Assembly: GCA_019309815.1 (NCBI GenBank)
Contig: JAFDFO010000003.1
Span: forward strand, 1-38,974
Source of the DNA: Deltaproteobacteria bacterium
GTDB taxonomy: Bacteria > Desulfobacterota > Desulfobacteria > Desulfobacterales > C00003060
Reading direction: 5' to 3'
Length of the DNA: 38,974 bases
This document shows, one piece after another, positions 16,220-25,101 of this stretch (positions are counted from its first letter, which is position 1; every line of letters begins with the position of its first letter). The notes beneath the pieces are model-generated. The model did not search any database, had not been told where the DNA came from, and was given only the letters and a program-made list of their open reading frames with translations. The position numbers were made by a program, and so were the translations under genes.

Positions 16220-17272
16220 TTACTGACCGAGTATTCTCGCGCAGATCGGTTTGAGAACTTGTGCTGCATCCAGGTGCATCTCGGGAGTCGGATAGTACAG
16301 GTTGTATTCCCAGAGCCCATGAAAATCTTCTCTGTCCAGACTTAGATCGACAGTTGTCGGCCTGCCCGTAAATCGATCTACCAGCAACTGGGGGGTTCCT
16401 CGCTTGCTAATGCACTCAACATAGTGATCACAGTGCCCCCTTAGTTCATGAATCATCTGCGAGTTGACTAACTGAGGAAAACCGCTGAATAGCGATTGAA
16501 GCCCATCGTAACGTTCTTTATAACCGGGCTCCCTCCTTGAGAAGTAAAAGAGGATCTTCGGAACCTTAATTCTGTGTATCAGTTGCGTGAAGTTTCTTGT
16601 CCAATTGGCTCTTGTCTCGCTCACGATTCGTTTGACGCGATTTCGCGCAAGAAAACAAAGGGAGATCTGTTTCCCTCCTAACTTGATGCGCCATCTTGTA
16701 TGTTTCCTCAGCAGATCTTGGTAAGCGGCGTCGGCACCGATCCGAACACCATCACTTAGCCTTGTCAGGTATTCGAGTCCGCCGCTGTGGAACAAGGAAT
16801 TGCTCTCACTCCTTCCGGACATTACCAGAACGATGGCGAACCGGGCATTGTTGACATACTCCAGCAGGGCCGGGTGCTTTAGGAAGAAGAAAGGTCCAGC
16901 CCCGCCGTAACCCAGGTTCAGTACATCAAGGCCTATCCTCTCCTGTAACAGCACCGGATAAGGTTTTTCACAGAAGCATCCAAACGTTTGGGCGGCGCCA
17001 ATGCATGCGAAGTAGTTATTGCGCTGCAGGTTGTCGGGCTTGGGGCCACGAAACCAAAGATTGGTATTGGGCAGGCAGTACAAATGGTAGTCTACAATTC
17101 TCCAGTCTCTTTGCGCGTAGCCGGGCAGGTGCTCCGTCGATCTGAGCAAATTACTCCTCGCAGGGTTTCTCTTCGTTCTTTGAGGGCTCTTGGATGATGC
17201 AGTAGAGTGTTTTTTCGCTTTCAACCAATCAAAGACAGCCTGAGGGGCACGATATAATAACTGATCCTTCAA
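16220..17272 (-). CDS. DUF6473-like protein (SGNH-like, function unknown)
   Basis: FRGP, CIGAAQTFG.F...YP, LNLG.GGAG and C-terminal YYP..EMH, recalled as DUF6473 motifs. Start uncertain. Confidence 0.65.
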   Translation of the reverse strand: MKDQLLYRAPQAVFDWLKAKKHSTASSKSPQRTKRNPARSNLLRSTEHLPGYAQRDWRIVDYHLYCLPNTNLWFRGPKPDNLQRNNYFACIGAAQTFGCFCEKPYPVLLQERIGLDVLNLGYGGAGPFFFLKHPALLEYVNNARFAIVLVMSGRSESNSLFHSGGLEYLTRLSDGVRIGADAAYQDLLRKHTRWRIKLGGKQISLCFLARNRVKRIVSETRANWTRNFTQLIHRIKVPKILFYFSRREPGYKERYDGLQSLFSGFPQLVNSQMIHELRGHCDHYVECISKRGTPQLLVDRFTGRPTTVDLSLDREDFHGLWEYNLYYPTPEMHLDAAQVLKPICARILGQ

Positions 17273-17790
17273 GCCTTCAGGTACATTTCGAACATCTGCT
17301 CAGTCAGCTTTCTCCCCCACTGTTCAAGATCATGCTTTTCGCGAAGTTGGAACCCCGCACGTTCGTATAGAAAGCGGGCTGCGTCCAGGCCCTCAAATGT
17401 CCATAAATATATCTTCTTGTAACCAGTGCTTCTACAGAATTCGATGGCTTCTTTGAGCAAAAGCCGTCCTATGCCGCGTCCGTGGAACGCTGGATCAACG
17501 ATGAGCCACCGGAGTCGAGCCTCATGCAAATTTGCCTGTTTCCCATCAATAGCAATGGAGCCCGCAAACTCTCCAGCCACGGTGGCTACCCAGAATCCGT
17601 CCTGATTCTTCTGAAATCCACTGATGAACTCTGATAGCTCCCTCCCCACCTGGGTTTCAAAAGAGACATCCAGATCCCAGTTGTCATGGTAGTATGTGGC
17701 GTGAAGTTCGGTTATCTTTCCTATTGCACCCGGAAAATACCCGGTCAATTGCACATCACTCAACGGAGAACCCTCATCTATCACGCGCAA
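17269..17790 (-). CDS. GNAT family N-acetyltransferase
   Basis: GSIAID, ARLRWLIVDP.FHGRGIG, LWT...L.AA..LYE..GF. Confidence 0.92.
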   Translation of the reverse strand: MRVIDEGSPLSDVQLTGYFPGAIGKITELHATYYHDNWDLDVSFETQVGRELSEFISGFQKNQDGFWVATVAGEFAGSIAIDGKQANLHEARLRWLIVDPAFHGRGIGRLLLKEAIEFCRSTGYKKIYLWTFEGLDAARFLYERAGFQLREKHDLEQWGRKLTEQMFEMYLKA

Positions 17791-17802
17791 AGGCAGGCCC
17801 TA

Positions 17803-18252
17803 TCACCTGACTTCGGTTTCTGCCTTTGCGAGGCTTGTGGCCGGTACGGCCATCAACGTTACCAAGGCCTTAGAGACCAGTCTTTCCTGTTCACCAGAAA
17901 CGCTAAAGACTTCAGACTCTGAAACAATGATCTTCTTTCCCCTGTTGATCACCTTTGAACGGCATACAATGGTCTCATCGGTAGCAGGCCTGAAGTAGTT
18001 TATCTTGAATTCGATTGTCAGAATACGGGATTCTGCTGTGACCGTTGTAAAAGCCGCATATCCCGCCGAATGGTCCGCCATGGTCGCAATCACCCCTGCA
18101 TGGACAAATCCGTCCTGCTGTCTATGATCAGGACGGACCTTCAGGCTGGTGTGGAACTCACCATCTCCAACCAGATCGACTTCGTATCCACAATAAGCCG
18201 GAAACCCCTGCACAAAATCCCGTCGCAAAAACCGGGCCCATTCCTCGTCCAT
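17803..18252 (-). CDS. PaaI family hot-dog thioesterase
   Basis: QQDGFVHAGVIATMAD, LTIEFKINYFRPA. Start at MDEEW. Confidence 0.9.
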   Translation of the reverse strand: MDEEWARFLRRDFVQGFPAYCGYEVDLVGDGEFHTSLKVRPDHRQQDGFVHAGVIATMADHSAGYAAFTTVTAESRILTIEFKINYFRPATDETIVCRSKVINRGKKIIVSESEVFSVSGEQERLVSKALVTLMAVPATSLAKAETEVR

Positions 18253-18665
18253 TGATTGCCACTGTCCCTTTCTTCCGCCAGGAGACAAGGCGGATTTACT
18301 CGTGAAGCTATCTCTGATTTCGTGCACTATGAGAGTGTTTACACAGTATATACGCACGGATGACTCCGTATATAGGGTGACATCAAAATCGTCAAGGCCA
18401 AAGGCAACCCGCTGTCAGTGTGGCTCCACTGCCTTTCCCCCCGCGTTTTGCCCGCAATAAAGGAGCGTTGCAATTCAAGACACATGTGGCATCGTGACCG
18501 ACATGCTCCCCGCCCGCACTGTCCGGAAAGGCGGGGGGGCTTGACTTCCATCCAAACGTATTTTCTGCTGTTGATCGTCCTGAGGATTATTCCTCAATGT
18601 CTCGCAAAGCGGGGAGTTGGCTGGAGGGTAAAAGGAAAAGGAGAACTGAAAAAAGGAGGCTCACA

Positions 18666-18947
18666 ATGAAACATTGTAGACAGGTAGTCACGTTATGCTT
18701 AGTGATAGGGTTGGTTGTGGCTCTATCGCTCCCGTTATGGGCTGAGGAAACACAGCAGGTCAACATCAACACAGCTTCTGCTGTGGAGCTTACTCAACTG
18801 AAGGGGATAGGAACGAAATACGCCGAGCGCATCGTTCAGTACCGCGAAGAACACGGACCCTTTAGCAGCGCCGAGGATATGACAAAGGTACCAGGCATAG
18901 GTCCGAAGACCTGTGAGGTAAACAAAGATCGAATAACTGTGGAATAG
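18666..18947 (+). CDS. comEA: ComEA-like helix-hairpin-helix DNA-binding protein, exported
   Basis: Signal peptide, VNINTAS..EL..LKGIG...A..IV.YR..HGPF, VPGIGPK. AAGGAGG RBS before the ATG at 18666. Confidence 0.9.
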   Translation: MKHCRQVVTLCLVIGLVVALSLPLWAEETQQVNINTASAVELTQLKGIGTKYAERIVQYREEHGPFSSAEDMTKVPGIGPKTCEVNKDRITVE

Positions 18948-19016
18948 TTTTTCACAAAAGCCCCCCTTTCCCGGACAAAAAGAGTTAGAGAAACCCAGAG
19001 AACATTCCTCTTACAT

Positions 19017-19180
19017 GTGAAGTCTCCCCGCCCTTCCGGGCGGGGGGTCTGCCTTGAGGCAGTGCTTCACAGCCCGGAAAGGAAATTTGCCATTCTGAGA
19101 TAGTTCCCCTCGACCCCGCCCTTCCGGGCGAGCGTTCCGCCTGGCGGCGGCAGTTCGTGTCCGGGGAGCATGCCGGTCGA
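19017..19180 (-). mobile_element. Non-autonomous IS200/IS605-like miniature element (two subterminal hairpins, no ORF)
   Basis: Two copies of CCCCGCCC-TTCC-GGGCG(GGG) at 19026-19045 and 19114-19130. Minus-strand 3' end reads ...GGGGAGACTTCAC. The opposite end recurs inverted at 18495-18511 (15/17 match). Confidence 0.55.
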
Positions 19181-19733
19181 GTTTCCCCATGGCAGACGGG
19201 TTGAATCGAAACCCCAAATCGCGTACCCTCCGCACGCCCCAATCTAACTCTCGAAAATCCTGTGGAAGCATCCATTTCTTTGTTGATTCTTGACCAAAAA
19301 TGTGGTTATGTTCTGGGCGTTCAAAATTTGAACACTTGCCAATTTCCGGCAATTGATTTAATCATTCATTCTGAACTTGGCAATCCAGCTGTCACAACAA
19401 AAATATATACATATCAGTCGCTTATGGAAGGCGCCCTTGCGTAATCGACCAAGCGGAGCTGTGGCGCCGTACTTCATGCCTGACCCAACCTCCTCTCCAG
19501 AGCCAACTTCCCAAACCCCCCAGCCCATTGTACGTCTTCCCATGGTGTAAAACGGTTACGTTCAAGGGGAGTGGAGTATGCTGGGATCGAACATCTCGCA
19601 GAAGGGTGAGTTGATGAAAAAGGCCCTTATCTAGTTGCATATCTTACGGGACTGTTGACAGGCTGTATTGATGGTATGTTGGGTTACATAACTGAACAGA
19701 GAGTGCCGTTAACTTGCCATAGGATTGGTTAGC

Positions 19734-20423
19734 ATGGTTTTTAAAGATGAAGTAGAACAGCGTTACCGTGGAGAAGCTGGAAAGGGGTATCACCAAACAA
19801 CACATTCCGTCCCTGATTTGTCTTATTCGTGGGTTGCACAGCTTCGGGCGAGCAAGATCAGTCCTTATGTGCATAGGAAGGATACAGTACTTGAATACGG
19901 TGTGGGGATCGGCTGGAACCTGGCACGGTTAGAATGCGAAAGGAGGCTCGGTTTTGATCTATCCGAGAGCGTAGAACCTGTCATTCAGAGCCATGGCATT
20001 GAATTCGTGAGAGATGTCAGTAACATTGCCGACAAATCCATAGACATAGTTATCTGCCACCATGTGCTTGAACACACCAGCCATCCACCGGAAATCCTGG
20101 AAGAGATAAAGCGCATGCTTTGCCACAAGGGTAAACTCCTGTTGTTTGTTCCATACGAAAAAGAAAGACGATTCCGTCATTACAATTCAAAGCAAGCTAA
20201 CCATCACCTTTATTCCTGGAATGTACAAACACTTGGCAACCTTGTCGAAAATATGGGGTTAAAGGTCGTGGAAGGAAAGCTCGGGAGATTTGGTTATGAC
20301 CGTTTTGCAGCTGTCTGGGCCAGTCGGTTTCGCCTGGGTGAATCCGGATTCAGAGTGGTGAGAAGAGCGGTTCATCTTCTAAAGCCTATGTTTGAGGTTC
20401 GAGTCGTTGCTGAGAGGGAATAA
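19734..20423 (+). CDS. Class I SAM-dependent methyltransferase
   Basis: VLEYGVGIG, GFD, DIVICHHVLEH, G.LLLFVP. Confidence 0.9.
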   Translation: MVFKDEVEQRYRGEAGKGYHQTTHSVPDLSYSWVAQLRASKISPYVHRKDTVLEYGVGIGWNLARLECERRLGFDLSESVEPVIQSHGIEFVRDVSNIADKSIDIVICHHVLEHTSHPPEILEEIKRMLCHKGKLLLFVPYEKERRFRHYNSKQANHHLYSWNVQTLGNLVENMGLKVVEGKLGRFGYDRFAAVWASRFRLGESGFRVVRRAVHLLKPMFEVRVVAERE

Positions 20424-20756
20424 GGCCACTTACCCGGTAAAGCGGGCCCCTTGCCTGGTCTCTCCGAGCCGGTTTGACACCGGTGGTATGCGGCATGAAC
20501 CGTCGATGCAAATAGCTGTTATTGATGGATATTCTCATCCAGCAGGGTGTTTTTCAGGCTAACCGTTTGACGTTCCGTTTGGATACCTGTAAAAGGTCAC
20601 ATTTCCTCCGAATTTGTTGCTATGTCCTGACCACTGTGCATTCCTTCTATGAATTCCCTTGTCCCTTACCACACTTGATACGCGACGGGTCATTCCAGAA
20701 GGGTCGCCAATCGAGGTCCTTATGCGAAACCACATACTGATGACTGAGGAAAAACC

Positions 20757-22235
20757 ATGAAACGTGTCGTGTTGCTTTATCCATCGAACAAACTTGGGGG
20801 TTCAGTTCAACCGAGAGTTGAGTTGCCTTTAGGCCTTCTCAGCGTGGGCACACCGCTGGACAGGGCAGGGTATGACGTTAGGATCATAGATGAGAGGATA
20901 GACGAGCACTGGAGAGAAAGTCTTCTAGAAGAAATCAGAAAGGAGCCGATTTGCGTTGGGATAACCTCCATGACAGGGCCGCAGATACAAAGCGGGTTAG
21001 AGGCGTCGCGTTTTGTAAGACAGCATGGAAATATTCCGGTTGTGTGGGGAGGTATCCATGCCACGTTGCTGCCCGAACAAACACTGCAAAATGAAAATAT
21101 CGATATTGTTGTACAGAGAGAGGGGGAAGAAACCTTCTTTGAGCTAGTACAGGCACTGGAAAATGGCAAGGACCTAGCTCGGGTGAAAGGAATCTGGTAC
21201 AAGGAAGACGGAGAAACAAAAAACACGGGGCCAAGGCCTCTGATTAACTTGAACCAACAACCTCCGCTGTCATACCACCTGGTTGACATGAAGCAATACA
21301 TGGTCAACGTCTTCGGAGAGGGTCACATAAGCTTTGAGACAAGCAGGGGTTGTCCGTTTCAGTGTACTTATTGTTATAACTCCACGGTTTATAAAGGCAG
21401 ATGGAGGGGGTTGACGGTCGATGAGACGATAAGGCGAATCAAGTTACTCATAGAAGAGTATGGGGTGAAGGGCATATTGTTTTCTGATGATAATTTTTTC
21501 GGAAACAAGAAGAGGGCGCTGGAGATCCTGCGACGGATAGCAGAAGAAAACCTTGGAGTTCTGTTGTCCAAGATCGACGTTCATGTTTCGATGCTATCAA
21601 GGCTGACTGACAGCGAAATGCGCCTTATTAGGAGAAGCGGCTGTAAAATGGTGATGATGGGGATAGAATCAGGCTCGCCTAGAATGTTGAAAATAATGAA
21701 AAAGAGGATGAGGATTCCTGAGCTAATAGAAGTGAACAAAAGGTTAAAAAAATTCGATATCATGCCTCACTATTTTTTTATGATGGGTTTTCCTACGGAG
21801 ACCGAGGAAGATTTGGCCAAAACCATGTCGCTGAAAATGAGACTTTCATCTGACAACAGGCATGCGGTGCCGCGATTCAATATCTACACGCCTTTTCCTG
21901 GAACCGAGCTTTTCAACCTCTCAGTGAAAAATGGCCTTAAAGTTCCCCAGAAGCTGGAGGATTGGGTGTCATTCAATTATCGGACAGTAAATGACAGCGC
22001 TGTGTGGGTATCGGAGAGGATGAAGAAATTAATCCGTATGCTGCACTTTGCTACCCTGCTGGCAGAGCCGAATAACTTCATAAATTCTTACAAAAGGACA
22101 AGTTTTCCGGTAGCCCTCGCAGCAGCAATCTATTACCCCATCGCAAAAATGAGGGTGAAAAATTTGTACTATCAGTTTCCGATTGACCTAAAACTCGCAG
22201 AATTGTTGGGCGTCTATCCAAAACAAGGAGGGTAA
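20757..22235 (+). CDS. Cobalamin-binding radical SAM protein (paralog 1)
   Basis: B12-binding N-domain (PLGL, VVWGGIHAT, EGE), SRGCPFQCTYC, DDNFF, GIESGS, FMMGFPTET, PFPGT. Confidence 0.93.
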   Translation: MKRVVLLYPSNKLGGSVQPRVELPLGLLSVGTPLDRAGYDVRIIDERIDEHWRESLLEEIRKEPICVGITSMTGPQIQSGLEASRFVRQHGNIPVVWGGIHATLLPEQTLQNENIDIVVQREGEETFFELVQALENGKDLARVKGIWYKEDGETKNTGPRPLINLNQQPPLSYHLVDMKQYMVNVFGEGHISFETSRGCPFQCTYCYNSTVYKGRWRGLTVDETIRRIKLLIEEYGVKGILFSDDNFFGNKKRALEILRRIAEENLGVLLSKIDVHVSMLSRLTDSEMRLIRRSGCKMVMMGIESGSPRMLKIMKKRMRIPELIEVNKRLKKFDIMPHYFFMMGFPTETEEDLAKTMSLKMRLSSDNRHAVPRFNIYTPFPGTELFNLSVKNGLKVPQKLEDWVSFNYRTVNDSAVWVSERMKKLIRMLHFATLLAEPNNFINSYKRTSFPVALAAAIYYPIAKMRVKNLYYQFPIDLKLAELLGVYPKQGG

Positions 22236-22239
22236 TGAA

Positions 22240-23727
22240 TTGAAGGATAAGGGGCACATTGTTCTTTTCACCCCCGCCGTGAGAATGGGAAAAGAGCAAC
22301 AAAGAAGGACCGGCATACCTTCCGGTTTGCTCGCCATAGCGACACCGCTAGACCTGGCAGGGTATACGATCAAGATAATCGACCAGAATTTTGAAGACAG
22401 ATGGAAGGATATGCTTCTCTCAGAACTGAAGAAGAGACCAATCTGCGTGGGCGTGTCGGCAAAGACCGGTCCTCAGATCAAATATGGGATCGAGGCATCG
22501 AGGATGGTCAAGCAATACGATACAATTCCAGTGGTCTGGGGAGGCGTCCATGCCAGTTTGGCTCCGGAACAGACACTCGCGAATGAGAACATTGATATCG
22601 TTGTTCAGGGAGAAGGGGATGAAACATTCTTTGAACTCGTTCAGGCGTTGGAAAAGGGCGAGCCTCTGAGCAAAGTCAGAGGAATCTGGTACAAAGAAAA
22701 TGGTGAAATCAAGAAGACCCAACCCAGACCGTTTATCGATTTGGAGAAGCAACCTTCGCCCTCATACCATCTCATAGACGTGAAAAAAGTCCTGGTAAGG
22801 AGTTTTGGTGAAGATCACCTCAGGTTTTCAAGTGCCAGAGGGTGCCCATACAGGTGTGGTTTCTGCTACAACACGACATTCTACAAAAGAAGATGGAGGG
22901 CCTTATCAGCTGAAAGAACATATGAAGAGATAAAGAAAATAAGGACCAAATTCGGGATCAGGGGTATTCGGTTCTCAGATGATCTCTTCTTTGGGGATGT
23001 AGAAAGGGTCAGAAAGCTCCTCACAAAGATTGTGGATGAAAAACTCGATGTCGTTGTCACAAAGCTAGACATACACGTGAACGAGCTTTCCAGACTGGAC
23101 GATGATTTTTTGAGACTCCTTGAAAGGGCTGGGGCTAAGGCACTCGTGGTGGGAGTGGAATCCGGCTCTCAGAGGATTCTGGATCTGATAAAGAAGGGAA
23201 TCAAGATTTCAGAGGTTATTGATTTCAACAAGAGGGTGGCGAAATTCAACCTGATCCCCAAATATTGCTTTATGATGGGATTTCCTACTGAGACGAAAGA
23301 AGATATTCGTGAGACCGTTGCCCTGATTTTTCGACTTTTGGAAGACAACAAAGAAGCCATAAAAGACATCAACATTTACACGCCGTATCCCGGCACGGAA
23401 CTGTTCCATTTATCTGTCAAGCACGGGTTTAAACCCCCGGAAAAGCTTGAAGGTTGGGTATCTTTTAACTGGCGTACTATCAACAGAAAGCGTACGCCCT
23501 GGATCACGAAGGAGAGGGAGCGGTTGTTAAGAATGCTCCATTGTTCTTCGCTATTCTTGGAGAAGAACTACTTCCTGGAGCCACAATGGCCCACAAACCC
23601 CTTGGTTGTCATGTTGGCCAGGCTTTATCACCCCATAGCCAAGAAAAGGGTTGAGAATCTGTATGATAAGTTTCCAATAGAGATTAAATTGGTGGAGTGG
23701 CTACGTCTGTATCCAAAGCAGGTTTGA
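22240..23727 (+). CDS. Cobalamin-binding radical SAM protein (paralog 2)
   Basis: Same architecture as paralog 1: ARGCPYRCGFC, DDLFF, GVESGS, PYPGT. Confidence 0.93.
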   Translation: MKDKGHIVLFTPAVRMGKEQQRRTGIPSGLLAIATPLDLAGYTIKIIDQNFEDRWKDMLLSELKKRPICVGVSAKTGPQIKYGIEASRMVKQYDTIPVVWGGVHASLAPEQTLANENIDIVVQGEGDETFFELVQALEKGEPLSKVRGIWYKENGEIKKTQPRPFIDLEKQPSPSYHLIDVKKVLVRSFGEDHLRFSSARGCPYRCGFCYNTTFYKRRWRALSAERTYEEIKKIRTKFGIRGIRFSDDLFFGDVERVRKLLTKIVDEKLDVVVTKLDIHVNELSRLDDDFLRLLERAGAKALVVGVESGSQRILDLIKKGIKISEVIDFNKRVAKFNLIPKYCFMMGFPTETKEDIRETVALIFRLLEDNKEAIKDINIYTPYPGTELFHLSVKHGFKPPEKLEGWVSFNWRTINRKRTPWITKERERLLRMLHCSSLFLEKNYFLEPQWPTNPLVVMLARLYHPIAKKRVENLYDKFPIEIKLVEWLRLYPKQV

Positions 23728-23866
23728 AAAAGGCAGCAAAGAATCGCCCTCAAAGATGTTCAGTTCCTATATCAGATGGGGCTGTCCGCCTGAAGGAGAC
23801 GCCGGCGGGGCGGGGAATACCGTTGTTTCTGCCGTTCAGAATAGTGTTTGTGGGTTAGAATAAAGC

Positions 23867-25003
23867 ATGGCAACACTGAATGAAAAGGTGAGATTGTTCA
23901 GAGGGCTGCTTACCGGTGAGACCGCCGAAGCAGGGCCGTTCTATGTCCTGGTGGACGTCACGCGTTCATGCAATCTCGCCTGTCTGGGATGTCGCTATCA
24001 TTCTCCTCACGTGAAGGTCCCGTCACCAGGTGACAGGAGCAAGAAGAACATCTCTTTCCATCTCTTCAGGGAACTGTGCAAGCAACTCAGGGCCATGGGT
24101 ACAGGGAGGTTAATTCTAACGGGAGAAGGGGAACCCTTTCTCCACCCTCGTCTCCTGGAAATGATTTCTACTGCCAAGAGCGTGGGACTTCACGTCACCT
24201 TGTTTACCAATGGTACGTTGCTTGACGAAGGCAAGGTACAATCGCTCATAGATTCTCAACTCGATGTCCTGACAGTGAGTCTGTGGGCTGGTTCACAAGA
24301 AGAATACGAACGAAACCACCCAGGCGCGGGGCCGGAGTACTTCAACACCATTGTTGATGCTCTCCAGCGTATGGCCCGTCTCAAGGCCGACCAAGCGAGT
24401 CATCTTCCCTCAGTTGTTATGCATCATCCTATATATCGCAACAACTTTGGCAGTATCCAAGCAATGGCTGACCTTGCTCAAGAAACGGGGTGCAATACGC
24501 TGTCTTTTTCTCCGCTCAGAACCCGGCGGGGGAAACTAGAGTCATTTGCTCTGACCCAGGATGAGACGAGACTCTTAAGCCTGAACTTGGCGGGGATCAA
24601 GAGGCGGCTGGATTCACTTGCCATAGGGCACAATATAGACAATACCATTTTGCGCTACCGGACGGGCGAAAAGGTGTGGGAAAAAGTGCCTTGTTACGTT
24701 GGCTGGGTCCAGGCTCATATCAAAGTGGATGGTACAGTCCTCCCGTGCAATTCATGCAGCTTGCCGATGGGCAATCTCAATGAGGACAGGTTGAGCGATA
24801 TATGGAATGGCCCTTCTCTGAAAAGGTTCCGCAGGCAGACGCTTACGAAAGAAGGCCTGGCACACGTGGGGTTGCACTGTGACTGTCATTTCTGTTGCCA
24901 TGTGGAGGACAACATGCGTGTTCACCGGATCTTTCGCTGGTTTTCGCCCTTTTTACCCGGCAAGAGAAACAGAAAAGCGTGGTTGCCTCTTGAGACATCG
25001 TAG
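23867..25003 (+). CDS. Radical SAM protein with SPASM/twitch domain
   Basis: CNLACLGC, GEGEPFLHP, TNG, C-terminal CYVGW..DG.VLPC..C...GN...IWN...CDCHFCC. Confidence 0.92.
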   Translation: MATLNEKVRLFRGLLTGETAEAGPFYVLVDVTRSCNLACLGCRYHSPHVKVPSPGDRSKKNISFHLFRELCKQLRAMGTGRLILTGEGEPFLHPRLLEMISTAKSVGLHVTLFTNGTLLDEGKVQSLIDSQLDVLTVSLWAGSQEEYERNHPGAGPEYFNTIVDALQRMARLKADQASHLPSVVMHHPIYRNNFGSIQAMADLAQETGCNTLSFSPLRTRRGKLESFALTQDETRLLSLNLAGIKRRLDSLAIGHNIDNTILRYRTGEKVWEKVPCYVGWVQAHIKVDGTVLPCNSCSLPMGNLNEDRLSDIWNGPSLKRFRRQTLTKEGLAHVGLHCDCHFCCHVEDNMRVHRIFRWFSPFLPGKRNRKAWLPLETS

Positions 25004-25101
25004 CTCAAAGGGTCTTTAGGATACGATCCCTTGTCATCCTTGCGGTTCAATCCCTCTGAAGCGGGACTGCAGGGATTTTCAATTCTTTGTTTGGAAGCCG
25101 A

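Noticed and set aside
18403-18453. c-di-GMP-I riboswitch-like ends on the minus strand (GGGCAAAAC...GACAGCGGGTTGCC) upstream of the thioesterase
   Set aside because: The central GACGCAAAGC/P2-P3 core is not recognisable. An Infernal search with RF01051 would settle it.
18960-19200. RNase P, SRP or tmRNA candidate (GC-rich structured region)
   Set aside because: Lacks their conserved motifs (e.g. GAGGAAAGUCC). Better explained by twin IS200/IS605-like hairpins.
19200-19730. Short ORFs and a possible ops/JUMPstart leader before the glycan locus
   Set aside because: No GGCGGTAG found, and the ORFs are short, overlapping and motif-free. TTGACA at 19655 has no well-spaced -10.
20424-25101. RiPP interpretation of the radical SAM cluster
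   Set aside because: No convincing precursor ORF, RRE/PqqD, peptidase or peptide exporter. Context is glycan biosynthesis.
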